Below are positions 10,397 to 21,700 of a DNA stretch of 64,000 nucleotides, piece after piece. The translations under genes and the position numbers were made by a program. Below the pieces are notes generated by a model. The model saw only the letters and a program-made list of their open reading frames with translations, ran no database searches and had not been told where the DNA came from. Positions within the stretch are counted from its first letter, which is position 1; each line of letters begins with the position of its first letter. This stretch comes from Longimicrobiales bacterium (GTDB lineage: Bacteria > Gemmatimonadota > Gemmatimonadetes > Longimicrobiales > Gaopeijiaceae). The stretch is taken from assembly GCA_965249725.1 (NCBI GenBank), contig CBDFMQ010000002.1:1440001-1504000 (forward strand). Reading direction: 5' to 3'.

Positions 10397-11128
10397 ATGA
10401 GGTTCGCGCGGGAAGGCTATCCGTTCATGCTGGCAGGATCGCTCCTGGCGGCGCTGGCGTGGACCGCCGTTCCCTTCTCGGGCAGCTGGGCGACCATCGT
10501 GGCCGGGCCGTTCACAGTGCTCGCGGCCTTCGTCTTCTATTTCTTCCGGGATCCGGAACGGTTGATCCCCACGGGTGACGGTCTCGTCATCGCCCCTGGA
10601 GATGGGAAGATCATCGACATTCGCGAAGTCGACGAGCCGTCCTTCTTCGAGGGTCGCTGCCGGCGCATCACCATCTTCCTCAGCGTGTTCAACGTCCACG
10701 TGCAACGAGCGCCGGTCTCCGGCAGCATCGAACATCGGGAGTATCGCCCCGGGAAGTATGCCGTGGCTTGGCACCCCAAGGCGAGCGAGTCGAACGAGCA
10801 GGCGTCACTCGGGTTCACTACTCCGAAGGGTCGGGTCCTGGTGCGGCAGATCGCGGGCCTGATCGCTCGTCGGATCGTCACCTACCCCGAGCGCGGGGAC
10901 CAGGTGCAGATCGGGGGCCGGATCGGGTTGATCCGGTTCGGCTCCAGGGTCGACCTGTTCATCCCGCTCGACTGGCCCCTCGCGTGCGACGTAGGAGACA
11001 AGGCCGTAGGGGGCAGGACCGTGTTCGCGCACATCGCGAGTCCGGAAGACTCCGTGACCGAGGCCCAACTGAAGATACACAACAGGTTAGCGCACCCGTT
11101 GACGCATCCGTTGACGCATCTGAGGTGA
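10397..11128 (+). CDS. psd: Phosphatidylserine decarboxylase proenzyme
   Basis: FFRDPER, IFLSVFNVHVQRAP, QIAGLIARRI, self-cleavage motif FGSRVD. Confidence 0.95.
   Translation: MRFAREGYPFMLAGSLLAALAWTAVPFSGSWATIVAGPFTVLAAFVFYFFRDPERLIPTGDGLVIAPGDGKIIDIREVDEPSFFEGRCRRITIFLSVFNVHVQRAPVSGSIEHREYRPGKYAVAWHPKASESNEQASLGFTTPKGRVLVRQIAGLIARRIVTYPERGDQVQIGGRIGLIRFGSRVDLFIPLDWPLACDVGDKAVGGRTVFAHIASPEDSVTEAQLKIHNRLAHPLTHPLTHLR
11091..11122. repeat. 12-bp in-frame tandem repeat (~2.7 units) at the psd 3' end, encoding HPLT
   Basis: cgcacccgttga/cgcatccgttga/cgcatctg. Confidence 0.7.
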
Positions 11129-11132
11129 ACGC

Positions 11133-12014
11133 ATGATCGACCGCCCGAGGCCCGCTACGCGACTCCAGAGGGGGATCATCATCCTCCCCTCGGCCTTCAC
11201 GATGGCCAACCTGTTCTTCGGGTTTTACGCCATCGTGGCCGCCACCCGCGGCGACTTCGCGTGGGCCGGGTGGTTCATCGTCTGGGCTGCCGTCACAGAC
11301 CTCTTGGACGGTCGCATCGCTCGCTTCACCCGTACCGGATCTGCCTTCGGAGGGGAGCTCGACTCCCTGGTGGACGCCATCTCGTTCGGGGTGGCGCCGG
11401 CCTTCATCATGTATACGCTCTACTTCTCGGACGGGAACTGGAGCTGGGTCCTCCCACTCGTGTACGTGATGGCCGTGGTCGTCCGCCTGGCCCGCTTCAA
11501 CGTGGAACAGGGCGGAGAGGCCAAGACCCACTTCCACGGGCTACCATCCCCCACCCCGGGCATGATCCTGGCGACGTTTTATCCGTTCAGCCAGACGCCG
11601 TTCTTCGAGACCTATCTGTCGAGCATGCCGTGGCCGCGCATCATGGGCATTCTGCTCATCGTTCTGGGCGCCCTCATGCTGAGCAACATCCCGTACGCAC
11701 TGGTGCCGAAGATCGGGCTCAGGTCGAGGAAGGGTGTCCTGACCCTGCTGTGGCTTTTCGGAAACGTCCTCGTCGCCATCGCGTTTCCGGCCTACTACTT
11801 CTTCCCCATGCTCCTCGCCTACACGATGTGGGGGCTCATGGGGTCGGTGATCCACGGACTGCTGGAGCGACTGCCGGAGCGAGACCCGCTCCTCGACGTA
11901 CTCGACGACGCCGGCGCCGAAGTCCGGGCTCTGGACTACGGAGAGCTGGCTCCGAAGCGGTACCAGCAAAGCCCTACACACCTGCAACCCCCTGAAACGG
12001 AGAGCGAAACGTGA
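11133..12014 (+). CDS. pssA: CDP-diacylglycerol--serine O-phosphatidyltransferase
   Basis: DLLDGRIAR...FGGELDSLVDAISFGVAP, RLARFN, FHGLPSP; adjacent to psd. Confidence 0.95.
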   Translation: MIDRPRPATRLQRGIIILPSAFTMANLFFGFYAIVAATRGDFAWAGWFIVWAAVTDLLDGRIARFTRTGSAFGGELDSLVDAISFGVAPAFIMYTLYFSDGNWSWVLPLVYVMAVVVRLARFNVEQGGEAKTHFHGLPSPTPGMILATFYPFSQTPFFETYLSSMPWPRIMGILLIVLGALMLSNIPYALVPKIGLRSRKGVLTLLWLFGNVLVAIAFPAYYFFPMLLAYTMWGLMGSVIHGLLERLPERDPLLDVLDDAGAEVRALDYGELAPKRYQQSPTHLQPPETESET

Positions 12015-12286
12015 CGCGTTTTCGCTTGGAGATTCGAGTGATCCCCCGCCCCGGCCTGCTGGACCCCGAGGGCAAAGCCATCCAACACGCACTGCAATCC
12101 CTGGATTATGAAGGCATCGAGGACGTACGGGTCGGGAAGATCTTGTATGTAGACATGGAGGCGGCCTCTGCCGACCAGGCTCGCGAACGTGGGGAGGCCA
12201 TGTGCCTGAGGCTGCTGGCCAACCCCGTAACCGAGAACTTCGAGATCGATGTCGATGAGTCCGCCGCAGCGGAGATGCCCGCATGA
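12011..12286 (+). CDS. purS: FGAM synthase subunit PurS
   Basis: [23 protein letters not shown]. Confidence 0.96.
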   Translation: MTRFRLEIRVIPRPGLLDPEGKAIQHALQSLDYEGIEDVRVGKILYVDMEAASADQARERGEAMCLRLLANPVTENFEIDVDESAAAEMPA

Positions 12287-12984
12287 AGGTCGCGATCATC
12301 ACGTTCCCCGGCTCGAACTGCGACTACGACCTCTACAAGTGCATCCAGTTGGTCGGCGGCAGTCCGAGCTTCGTATGGCACCGAGAGGTGGAGATCGGCG
12401 AAGTCGACGCGGTCATGCTCCCGGGAGGGTTCTCGTACGGGGATTACCTCCGAGCCGGAGCCATCGCCACGATGAGCCCCGTCATGGACGCGGTTAAGGC
12501 CTTTGCGGCATCGGGTGGTCCGGTCCTGGGTATCTGCAACGGCTTCCAGATGCTGTGCGAGGCGGGGCTCCTTCCCGGTGCCTTACTGCGCAACGACTCG
12601 CTGCTGTTCGCGAGCCAAGATGTCCTCCTCCGTGTCGAGAACGACGCCACCATCTTCACGCAGGACTACGTCGCCGGGCAGATCCTGCGCATGCCCATCG
12701 CGCACGCCGAGGGGAACTACTACGCAGACCAGGAGACGCTGGACCGCCTGGAGGGTGACGGTCGTGTCCTCTTCCGCTATGTGGACGCCTCGGGTGAAAC
12801 GACCGCCTGGGCGAACCCGAACGGTTCTGCAGGCAGCATAGCTGGGATCATCAATGACGAAGGCAACGTCATGGGCATGATGCCACACCCCGAACGAGCC
12901 GTAGAAACCATTCTCGGCTCGGTAGACGGTCTGGGCCTCTTTGCGGCCCTGCTGTCCCATCTGTCACCCGTGGGAACGACCTGA
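12283..12984 (+). CDS. purQ: FGAM synthase glutaminase subunit
   Basis: [34 protein letters not shown]. Confidence 0.98.
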   Translation: MKVAIITFPGSNCDYDLYKCIQLVGGSPSFVWHREVEIGEVDAVMLPGGFSYGDYLRAGAIATMSPVMDAVKAFAASGGPVLGICNGFQMLCEAGLLPGALLRNDSLLFASQDVLLRVENDATIFTQDYVAGQILRMPIAHAEGNYYADQETLDRLEGDGRVLFRYVDASGETTAWANPNGSAGSIAGIINDEGNVMGMMPHPERAVETILGSVDGLGLFAALLSHLSPVGTT

Positions 12985-13029
12985 GCGTGACTGTCCCCCA
13001 ACCCATTACCCAACGGACTCAGCCGAATC

Positions 13030-15330
13030 TTGAGCGATAGACCGGAGCAAAGCGGCAGCACGCCGGGGTCGACCCTGGCACCCCGCGAAGGTGATCCACC
13101 CATCACGCCAGAGCTCGTCGATGACCATGGTCTCTCCCCCTCGGAGTACGACCGGGTCCTGAAGATCCTGGGACGAGAGCCCACCTACACAGAGCTGGGC
13201 GTCTTCAGCGCCATGTGGTCGGAGCACTGTGGATACAAGAACTCCAAGCGTCTCCTACGCCTGCTGCCCACGGAAGCGCCGTGGGTGATCCAGGGCCCCG
13301 GCGAGAACGCCGGCGTCATCGACGTGGGCGACGGACTGGCCTTGGCCTTCAAGATCGAGTCGCACAACCACCCCTCGGCCGTGGAGCCCTACCAGGGTGC
13401 CGCAACGGGGGTCGGAGGCATCCTGCGGGACGTCTTCACCATGGGGGCTCGGCCGATCGCCGTCCTGGACTCCCTCCGCTTCGGCAATCTCGACGGCGGC
13501 CGGGTGCGCTATCTGTTCTCGGGTGTGGTGAAAGGGGTCGGGGACTACGGCAACTGCGTGGGCATCCCGAACATCGGCGGAGAGACCTTCTTCGACGAGG
13601 GCTACGAGGGGAACCCCATCGTGAACGCCATGTGCCTCGGCCTCATGAAGGCCGGGGACCTGATCAAAGGTGAGGCGGAAGGGGTCGGCAACCCGCTCAT
13701 GGCGGTCGGTGCTAGAACCGGCCGCGACGGGATCCACGGGGCCACTTTCGCATCAGAGGAACTCAGCGAGGACTCCGAGGCGAGCCGTCCGAGGGTCCAG
13801 GTAGGCGACCCCTTCACGGAGAAGCTGCTGCTGGAAGCGAGCCTGGAACTCATCCAGAGCGGCCACATCACCGGAATTCAGGACATGGGCGCCGCCGGGA
13901 TCACCTCGAGCGCCTCGGAGATGGCCGGCCGCTCCGGGAACGGCGTGGAGATCGACATGGACCGCGTGCCCGTGCGGGAACCGGGCATGACGCCCTATGA
14001 GATCCTCCTCTCAGAATCGCAGGAGCGCATGCTCGTCGTGGCCAAAGTCGGACACGAAGAGGGTGTGAAGGAGATCCTGAACAAGTGGGAGCTCGAGGCC
14101 GAAGAGATCGGAGTGGTCACCGACGACGGGCTCTTCAGGGTGATGGAGGGCGGGCGGGCCGTGGCCGAGATCCCCTCCCTGCCGCTCACGGAAGGGTGTC
14201 CTACGTACGAGCGGGAGGGCATCGAGTCCGAGGAGGTGAAAGAACTGCGCTGTATGGACCTATCGCGGTTCCGAGAGGCCGACTCGGACCAGACTGACGC
14301 GTTCCTGAAGCTCATAGGGTCGCCCAACATCGCCTCGAAACGGTGGGTGTACCGACAGTACGACACGACGGTCCGGACGGGCACGGCCATCCGCCCGGGC
14401 GCAGATGCCGGTGTGGTACGTCTCAGGGGCACGACGAAGGCCATAGCGGCCACGACGGACTGCAATGGACGGTACGTGTACCTGAACCCCCGTACGGGCG
14501 CCATGGCGGCCGTTGCGGAGGCGGCGAGGAACCTGGTGTGCGTCGGGGCTCTGCCTACGGCCATCACCAACAACCTGAACTTCGGAAGCCCGCTCAAACC
14601 CCATATCTACCACCAATTCCGAGAGGCGGTGTTGGGCATGGCCGAGGCGTGCAAGCTCTTCGAGACGCCGGTCACCGGAGGCAACGTCTCCTTCTACAAC
14701 GAGACGGACGGCGTGGCCATCTATCCGACCCCGGTCATCGGAATGGTCGGAATCGTCGAGGATGTGGCACACCTGACGAACGCATCGTTCAGGGACGAAG
14801 GGGACGCCATCATCCTTCTGGGTGACAACACGGACGAGCTGGGGGCCTCCGAGTACCTCTATGTAGTGGAAAGCCTGGTCGCAGGTGAACCGCCTTCGGT
14901 CGACCTCCTGGCTGAGCGCCGGCTTCAGCACGCCGTGCTGGCCATGATCCAGAAGGGCCTGCTGCAGTCGGCCCACGACGTCTCCGAGGGCGGCCTGGCC
15001 TGCGCCCTGGCCGAGAGCGCGCTCGGGCGGGGCGGCTCCCCCATGGGTGTACACGTAACGCTGCACGACGCCATCTCCCCTCTACCCCTCCTCTTCGGTG
15101 AGGCGCAAGGGCGGGTGATCGTCTCGTGCGATGCCCGTTCGGTGGACGACGCTCTGCGCATCGCCAAGAAGCACGGGGTGCCCTGTCGCCAGATCGGTCA
15201 GGTGGTAGCGGCGGACGAGGGATTCCGAGTGGAAGGACGTAGCGTAACGCTCGAGGTCGACGTAGAGACTATATCAGACCTATTCTTCGGTGCGATTCCT
15301 CGTTTGATGGATGGAGCTAGCCAGACGTGA
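13030..15330 (+). CDS. purL: FGAM synthase subunit PurL (small type)
   Basis: [48 protein letters not shown]. Confidence 0.98.
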   Translation: MSDRPEQSGSTPGSTLAPREGDPPITPELVDDHGLSPSEYDRVLKILGREPTYTELGVFSAMWSEHCGYKNSKRLLRLLPTEAPWVIQGPGENAGVIDVGDGLALAFKIESHNHPSAVEPYQGAATGVGGILRDVFTMGARPIAVLDSLRFGNLDGGRVRYLFSGVVKGVGDYGNCVGIPNIGGETFFDEGYEGNPIVNAMCLGLMKAGDLIKGEAEGVGNPLMAVGARTGRDGIHGATFASEELSEDSEASRPRVQVGDPFTEKLLLEASLELIQSGHITGIQDMGAAGITSSASEMAGRSGNGVEIDMDRVPVREPGMTPYEILLSESQERMLVVAKVGHEEGVKEILNKWELEAEEIGVVTDDGLFRVMEGGRAVAEIPSLPLTEGCPTYEREGIESEEVKELRCMDLSRFREADSDQTDAFLKLIGSPNIASKRWVYRQYDTTVRTGTAIRPGADAGVVRLRGTTKAIAATTDCNGRYVYLNPRTGAMAAVAEAARNLVCVGALPTAITNNLNFGSPLKPHIYHQFREAVLGMAEACKLFETPVTGGNVSFYNETDGVAIYPTPVIGMVGIVEDVAHLTNASFRDEGDAIILLGDNTDELGASEYLYVVESLVAGEPPSVDLLAERRLQHAVLAMIQKGLLQSAHDVSEGGLACALAESALGRGGSPMGVHVTLHDAISPLPLLFGEAQGRVIVSCDARSVDDALRIAKKHGVPCRQIGQVVAADEGFRVEGRSVTLEVDVETISDLFFGAIPRLMDGASQT

Positions 15331-15374
15331 CCCCCAAGCCACTCCCCATCGTCGGTCGGCCTCAGGATATCCTC

Positions 15375-16790
15375 GTGTCGGAGCTCGATGAAGGGCCCCG
15401 AGAAGAGTGCGGAGTGGTGGGCATCAGCGGCATCGAAGGTGCGGCTGAACTCGCCTTCTTGGGGCTCTACGCTCTGCAGCACCGGGGCCAGGAGTCCGCG
15501 GGCATCTGCGCCATCCAAGACGGGGAGGCCCGCCTCTACAAGGCGGTCGGGCTCGTCGGTGACGTGTTCAACGCCGAAGCCCTCATCAAGCTGCCGGGTC
15601 GCACCTCGCTCGGGCATGTCCGGTACTCCACCGCGGGGGGTAGCCGGGCGCTCAACGCCCAGCCGATCGTGGTCCGGTACGCCGAAGGCGACCTGGGAGT
15701 CGCCCACAACGGCAACCTGACGAACGCCCACGACCTGAAGAAGCAGCTGGTCAGTGAGGGCGCGATCTTCCAAACCACGTCGGACTCAGAAGTCATCATC
15801 CACCTCATCGCGCGCTCCCGACACGACACCATCGATGCCCAGGTGGACGAAGCTCTCAACCGGCTGGAGGGCGCCTTCTCGCTGGCAATCACGGTCGGAG
15901 AGACTCTGTACGCCGTGAGGGATCCCCGTGGATACCGTCCTTTGGTTCTCGGCAAGCGGGACGGTGGACATATCGTGGCCAGCGAGACCTGCGCCCTGGA
16001 CATTCTCGATGCCGAGTACGTGCGGGACATCGGCCCGGGAGAGGTCCTCAAGATCGAGGGCGGCGTCGTACAGAATCTCCCCAGCCTCTCGCCGGCCCAG
16101 GAACAGGCCCCATGCATCTTCGAGCTGGTGTACTTCGCTCGGCCCGACTCGCGTCTCTGGACTATTTCGGTCGATGGCGCCCGGCGCGGATTCGGCCGTC
16201 AGCTGGCCGAGGAGTACCCTGTAGAGGCCGACGCCGTCATCGCCGTACCGGACAGCGCAAATTCGGCTGCCCTGGGCTACAGCGAGGCTAGCGGGATTCC
16301 GTACGAACTGGGCCTCCTTCGGAATCACTACGTGGGTCGGACCTTCATCAAGCCGTCCCAGGCGGATCGGGACTTCGGCGCCCGCATGAAGTACAACCCC
16401 GTCCGCGAGGTTCTCGAGGGTAAGCGCGTCATTGTGGTCGATGACTCCCTCGTCCGGGGAACGACGAGCAAGAGCCTGGTGAAATTCATCCGCAAGGCGG
16501 GCGCCGCGGAGGTACATCTCCGCATCGCCAGTCCTCCCGTGCGGTTCCCGTGCTTTTACGGAATCGACATGCCCAGCCGCGAGGAGCTCATCGGCTCACA
16601 GATGAGCCCACCCGAGATCGCCGAAACGCTCGGAGTGGACTCCCTGGGTTATCTGTCACTGGACGGGATGCTCTCCGTGGTTTCCGAGCACGGGTCCTTC
16701 TGCGACGCGTGCTTCTCCGGCAACTACGCCGCGCCGCTGGTCGACGTGGACAAGGGCTACGTACCGGGGAACCACCCCATCAACTGCTAG
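15375..16790 (+). CDS. purF: Amidophosphoribosyltransferase (propeptide, Fe-S type)
   Basis: EECGVVG, LQHRGQE, GHVRYST, HNGNL, VDDSLVRGTT; Cys in CIFE, CFYGID and CDAC. Start is GTG 15375 (AGGA RBS) or 15327. Confidence 0.97.
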   Translation: MSELDEGPREECGVVGISGIEGAAELAFLGLYALQHRGQESAGICAIQDGEARLYKAVGLVGDVFNAEALIKLPGRTSLGHVRYSTAGGSRALNAQPIVVRYAEGDLGVAHNGNLTNAHDLKKQLVSEGAIFQTTSDSEVIIHLIARSRHDTIDAQVDEALNRLEGAFSLAITVGETLYAVRDPRGYRPLVLGKRDGGHIVASETCALDILDAEYVRDIGPGEVLKIEGGVVQNLPSLSPAQEQAPCIFELVYFARPDSRLWTISVDGARRGFGRQLAEEYPVEADAVIAVPDSANSAALGYSEASGIPYELGLLRNHYVGRTFIKPSQADRDFGARMKYNPVREVLEGKRVIVVDDSLVRGTTSKSLVKFIRKAGAAEVHLRIASPPVRFPCFYGIDMPSREELIGSQMSPPEIAETLGVDSLGYLSLDGMLSVVSEHGSFCDACFSGNYAAPLVDVDKGYVPGNHPINC

Positions 16791-16952
16791 TGTCCTGTCC
16801 CAGAAATACGCTGGCATTCGTGAACCGCTGCATCCACCCTGGCCGCGTTGTTCCTCCTCGAAATAGCCCTGCTATTCCTCGTCGTCTCGCCTTCCCAGGG
16901 CGGCGCGTCGGTCCCCTCGGTGCGTCACCGTATTTCTGGGACGGGACACCAG
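16787..16952. mobile_element. MITE-like palindromic element, ~166 bp, non-autonomous
   Basis: 24-bp terminal inverted repeats, 22/24 match: ctagtgtcctgtcccagaaatacg and cgtatttctgggacgggacaccag. Internal pairings ccaccctgg/ccagggcgg and aatagc-cct-gctatt. Confidence 0.75.
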
Positions 16953-16953
16953 A

Positions 16954-18015
16954 GTGAAGGTCACGCGAGATCTCCTGGAGCGGCTGCCCAAGACCGAGCT
17001 CCACGTTCACCTGGACGGCAGTCTTCGTCCTCAAACGCTGATCGAGCTCGGTGAGCACTACAAGAGGCCCGTCCCCAGCAACGACCCCACCGAATTGGCC
17101 GAGAAGATGCGGGCCGGAGACACTCGCAACCTCGAGGAGTACCTCGCCAAGTTCGAAACCACCTTGTCCGTCCTGCAGCACGCAGACGCACTGGAGCGGG
17201 TGGCCTTCGAGCTGGCCGAGGACAACGCCCGGGAGAACGTCCGGTACGTCGAGGTCCGCTACTCCCCCATCCTCCATACGCGGGAAGGGCTGCCGCTCAC
17301 GGAGGCCGTCGAAGCCCCGATCAGGGGCCTGGTCCGAGCCCAGGAGCAGTACGGCATCAAGACCGGACTGATCGTCTGTGGGATTCGCAACATGGATGTG
17401 GGTACCTCTCGCGATCTAGCCGATCTCACGGTGGCCTTCAAAGGCCGGGGCGTCGTCGCCTTCGACCTGGCCGGAGCCGAGTACAACTACCCGGCCAAGA
17501 AGCACCGGGACGCGTTCTTCACGGTGATCAACCGCAACATGGCCACCACCATCCATGCAGGTGAGGCCTACGGCCCCGAGTCGATCCACCAGGCGCTGCA
17601 CTACTGCAGGGCCAACCGTATCGGCCATGGGACGCGGCTGTACGAGGACCCAGACCTCATGCAGTTCGTGAACGACTTCCGTGTGCCTCTCGAGATCTGT
17701 TTGACGTCGAATGTGCAGACGCGGGCGGTGGCGTCATACGAGGAACATCCCTTGCGTCAGTACTACGATGCCGAGTTGGTAGTGACGCTCAATACGGACA
17801 ACCGGCTGATGTCGGGCACTACGGTGACTGACGAGTACTGGAAGGCGCATGAGCACCTGGGGTTTACGTGGGAAGAGCTCAAGAGGGTGGCCCGCATGGG
17901 GTTCGAGGCGGCGTTTCTGCATCGGGGGGAGAAGGATCGGCTGATCACCGCGGTGGAGAGGGAGATCGCGGGGCTCAAGATGCCGGCAGACCCTGATTCA
18001 CGCTCCGAGCGATAA
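16954..18015 (+). CDS. add: Adenosine deaminase
   Basis: PKTELHVHLDGS, FDLAGAE, TIHAGE, RIGHG, LNTDN. Confidence 0.95.
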   Translation: MKVTRDLLERLPKTELHVHLDGSLRPQTLIELGEHYKRPVPSNDPTELAEKMRAGDTRNLEEYLAKFETTLSVLQHADALERVAFELAEDNARENVRYVEVRYSPILHTREGLPLTEAVEAPIRGLVRAQEQYGIKTGLIVCGIRNMDVGTSRDLADLTVAFKGRGVVAFDLAGAEYNYPAKKHRDAFFTVINRNMATTIHAGEAYGPESIHQALHYCRANRIGHGTRLYEDPDLMQFVNDFRVPLEICLTSNVQTRAVASYEEHPLRQYYDAELVVTLNTDNRLMSGTTVTDEYWKAHEHLGFTWEELKRVARMGFEAAFLHRGEKDRLITAVEREIAGLKMPADPDSRSER

Positions 18016-18050
18016 GCCCCGTGTATGTCTAGAACGTAGGAGCGTCAGGA

Positions 18051-18263
18051 TCAGGCGAGCCGCAGGCGCCGTCCCTTCGGTGTGGGGACGGGGCGGTCGA
18101 ACTCCCTCGCCGTAGCCAGCCAGAGGTCGATCGCTTCCTGACAGTTCGCCAGGGCTTCGTTCGGGGAAGCGCCATGCGCCATGCAGCCGGTAAGCTCGGG
18201 GACCTCCGCGACAAAGGCGTGGTCATCGTCACTCCAGAAGATGATAATCTCGTACTTGTGCAT
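18051..18263 (-). CDS. hicB: HicB-family antitoxin, short form with no obvious DNA-binding domain
   Basis: YEIIIFWS..AFVAEVPELTGCMAHG..EAL..EAIDLWL..PVPTPK; TGATG coupling to hicA. Confidence 0.92.
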   Translation of the reverse strand: MHKYEIIIFWSDDDHAFVAEVPELTGCMAHGASPNEALANCQEAIDLWLATAREFDRPVPTPKGRRLRLA

Positions 18264-18517
18264 CAGGCCTCACCTCCTATCTCGTGGCGCGTCAGGATGG
18301 TGCGCACTTGCCTGACCTGGTACGGCCTCGCCTCGGCACCCTCGCGCTGGAGATTGATCAACTCCTCGACGCCCTGCCGCACGAAGATATGGTGACTCCC
18401 TCGAATGCGCTCCTCGAACCCGAGCTTTATCAACAAGTTCCGTAGATCTTGGAAGCGGATACTCGCATCCGACTCACCGGACAGGATGTGCCTGATCAAC
18501 TTCTCGCTCCTGACCAT
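18263..18517 (-). CDS. hicA: HicA-family mRNA interferase toxin
   Basis: 84 aa, LGFEERIRGSHHIF with the GSH motif, PYQVRQV; GAGGA RBS. Confidence 0.9.
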   Translation of the reverse strand: MVRSEKLIRHILSGESDASIRFQDLRNLLIKLGFEERIRGSHHIFVRQGVEELINLQREGAEARPYQVRQVRTILTRHEIGGEA

Positions 18518-18659
18518 TCCTCATCCTCGACGACGTGAACGTGTATTGCCGGTTGCCACCGGGTGCCCCTTCTCCGGCGAGCCAGACACCGAGGAGAAGC
18601 CTATGTCGGCCACCACGGTGACCGAGGAGTAGGGCCCGCAATCGCCGATCATCAGGTCC

Positions 18660-18718
18660 AAAGAAAACCCCCGCCCGGCCGAAGCCGAGCGGGGGCACAT
18701 GCCCTACCGAAGTAGGAG
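18660..18718 (-). terminator. Intrinsic terminator of the S-layer-like gene, preceded by a second UUCG hairpin
   Basis: Minus-strand RNA: cccccgcucggc-UUCG-gccgggcggggg-uuuucuuu, with ccuac-UUCG-guagg just upstream. Confidence 0.88.
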
Positions 18719-18735
18719 CTTGGTGTTTCTCGGTA

Positions 18736-21700
18736 TTAGCTACCGGTCACCACGAGAATGTTGTTGTTCGGCGAGGCGACCAGCGCGTCACCCGCGCCGT
18801 CCACACCGACGACCACCAACTGCTCTGCGACGCCCGGCGGCACACCGGTATACCAGGTGCTGGCCATAGCCGTTGTGATCGCGAAGCTCCAGGTGTAGGT
18901 CCGGCCAAGAGCGCCGGCACCCAGATCCGTGATCGACGCCGAGGCGCCACTCACGCTGCCGAGGAGGTCCCAGGTGTCGTCCGCCGTGTAGAACCCGGCG
19001 TCGCCACCGTCGACCACCCGGTAGAAGTACATCGTGCCCGTCGCGAACGGATTCGCGTAGGTCCCTGCCGGACCGTGGGCCTGAGCCGTGAGAGTCACGG
19101 AGCCCACGAGCGGAGCCACGCAAGTGAGACCCTTACCGTCACAGAGACTCGTGAGAGCGGCTCCACCGTTCGAGATGATGAAGTCACCCGTCGTGACATC
19201 CGCTGTACCCGCCGGAACCGTCCCGGCGATGAAGTTGTTCGCCGCAGGCGCGGACAGGTTGCCTGCCGCATCTGAAGTGATCGCACGGACGTTGGCCGAC
19301 GGAAGCAACACGCCGCCCGGCGCACCAGGCGTCGGAGCTGCGGGAGCAAGGTCAACGTAGCCGGTGCCAGCCAGCTCGATGCTCCGGATGAACGGAATGC
19401 TCTGCGAGGCCGAAGCCGTCGGGGTGAGCGTACCGTCCCACATACCGTCGGTCACCACATCCTCGGCACCCCACGGGATGAACACGCCGTTACCAGGCAC
19501 AGCAGCCGCGTCGAGCGAGAAGGCAGTGCTGTTCAGGTCGAGGTTGTCCGCCACGCTCGCTGAGAACGTAGTGAGCGCGCCACCCGTCAAGACCGGCGGA
19601 ATAGCGACGTTCGAGGTGGTCGGAATCGTAACGTCCAACAAGAGATCACGAACGAACGTGGTCCCCATGTTGCCGGCCTGGTCCATGATGGTACCAGTGG
19701 TCGTGTAGTACGCGTCCGCCATGCCGACACCAAACTCCGGCACACACGGGACCGCGTTGGTCGGAATCGCCGCACAAGCCGCGATACCGCCCGCGATGTT
19801 GACCACGCCACCGGTGGTAGCGCTGGCACCCACCAGCCACGGAAGTGCGTTAGGCGCAACGCCGAGCCTGAAGATGGTGGCCTGGACCGGAGTGGCCGAG
19901 AATCCGGCCGCGTCTTCGACGCCCGTCCAGGTCTGACCCAGCGTGTGGGCAGCCGAACCGGCATTCAAGATGACCCTGTCGGTGGTGGAACCTGCACCGA
20001 TCGCCGTGGCGGTCGGAGCGGTGTCATCGAGACCGAACGTAATGCCCGGGTTCGTACCCAACGGGACCTGCGTACCGGGTGCGGCACCGCCGAGGGATCC
20101 CAGGTTGTAGTAGTTCACGTTGCTGAGGGCATCCCACAGGCCCACGTCAACCTGGAAGTCCGAGTTCAAGATACCCTGGGCGAGCCCGGCAGCGGCCGGA
20201 GTCGCCGCGCTGGCAAGCGCCCGCAGGGCAACCGTCGTAAGCGTGGCCGCACCAGAGTGGAACGTAGTCGTAACCCCACCGACACCCAACGCCGCACCTG
20301 CGGCAGCCGGGACCTCGTCATCGTCGTCCTGCGTGAGGCCGAGAGCCGTCGAGTAGGGGAAGCTGGACGGGAGCCAGCCGTTACCCGCTGCCGTGGCAGT
20401 GTTACCACCACCAGCAGCAGCCTGGTCAGCCAGCCTGAACCCGTTGGTCAGAACCGCCGGGTCGGACAGCGTCGGACCGACGTTGTCAGAGGAGACCGCG
20501 AACAGCCCGACAGCGCCGTTGATCGTGACGTTGTCGTCAGCGGTACCGAACGCGAGGTCGGGTCCGACCACGTTGAACGCCGTCCCGTTGCTGTAGGTGG
20601 CGGCCGTGATGGTCGCACCGTCGCCGGGGAAACCAACCACGTCGGTCTGGTAGTTACAGATCGGACCGATCGGAGCCACGCAGGACGCCGAATAGACGTT
20701 CTGGAACGGAGCCGCGAGGTCGGTGATTGCTACACCACCCGCGAAGGGGCCGGGGAACGGTGCGGGCGGCGTTGCGTTGTTGATCGAGAGAGCCGTGGCG
20801 ATGGAGCCCATCGTCAAGCCGGAATAAAGCACCGGCTCCAGGTCCAGGGTCAGGCTTCCGCCCATCCACAGCACTGCCGCACCGCTGACCGCGCTGGTCG
20901 CGGAGGAGAGCTGACCGATGATCACGTCCGGGTTGGTGAACGTCAGGCTGCGGCTGTTGGAAGCTGAAGCCGTCGCCCCGTCCTGGGTTGTCACGGTCGC
21001 GGAGACGACCCTGTTATTGGGCGTTCCGGGGGTGGCGGCCGGATAGGTCGGCGCACCGTTGCCCACGGCGCAGAGGGCGCCGGGAGCCGCCCCGTAAGCG
21101 GCCGTGTTGATCTGGATGGTCGCGTTGCGCTCAGCGCCCTCGGCACCCTCTTCCGGAGCACCGGTCGAGAACGTCTGGGTGCCTACAACGACACCGTCCA
21201 GAAGCACGGAGGCCGAAACCAGCGTCGAGGTACCCTCGTTGATGACGAGGTTCACGTCGATGGGTCCGAGAACCGCTGTCGGAATGACCGTAACGCCGGC
21301 CGTACCACTGGCCGTGATCGTCGAGATCGTAACCGTAGCGGCCGTGGTGACTTCTTCGACCGTACCGATGAAGGTGACGTTGGCGCTCTGGCCAACGGCG
21401 ACCGTCACGTCACGCGAAGTGACGGTGATGTCGGCGGTACCGAAGTCGGAAACCGTAACGGTGTAGTCGCCAGCCCGGAGGCCGGTGAACTCGAAGTCGC
21501 CGTCGGTGTCCGACGTGCCAGCAGCGGACACACCGGCCAGCATACCCGTACCGGCGACGTTGACCGTCGCTACGATGCCGGTGCCACCGCCGGTAACGCT
21601 ACCGCGGATGCTCGACGTGCGGATGTAGTTACCACCGAAGTCGGCGGTGACCGTCTGGCCACTCGTCGTAATGGTGACAACCGTTGAGGTCGTACCGAAG

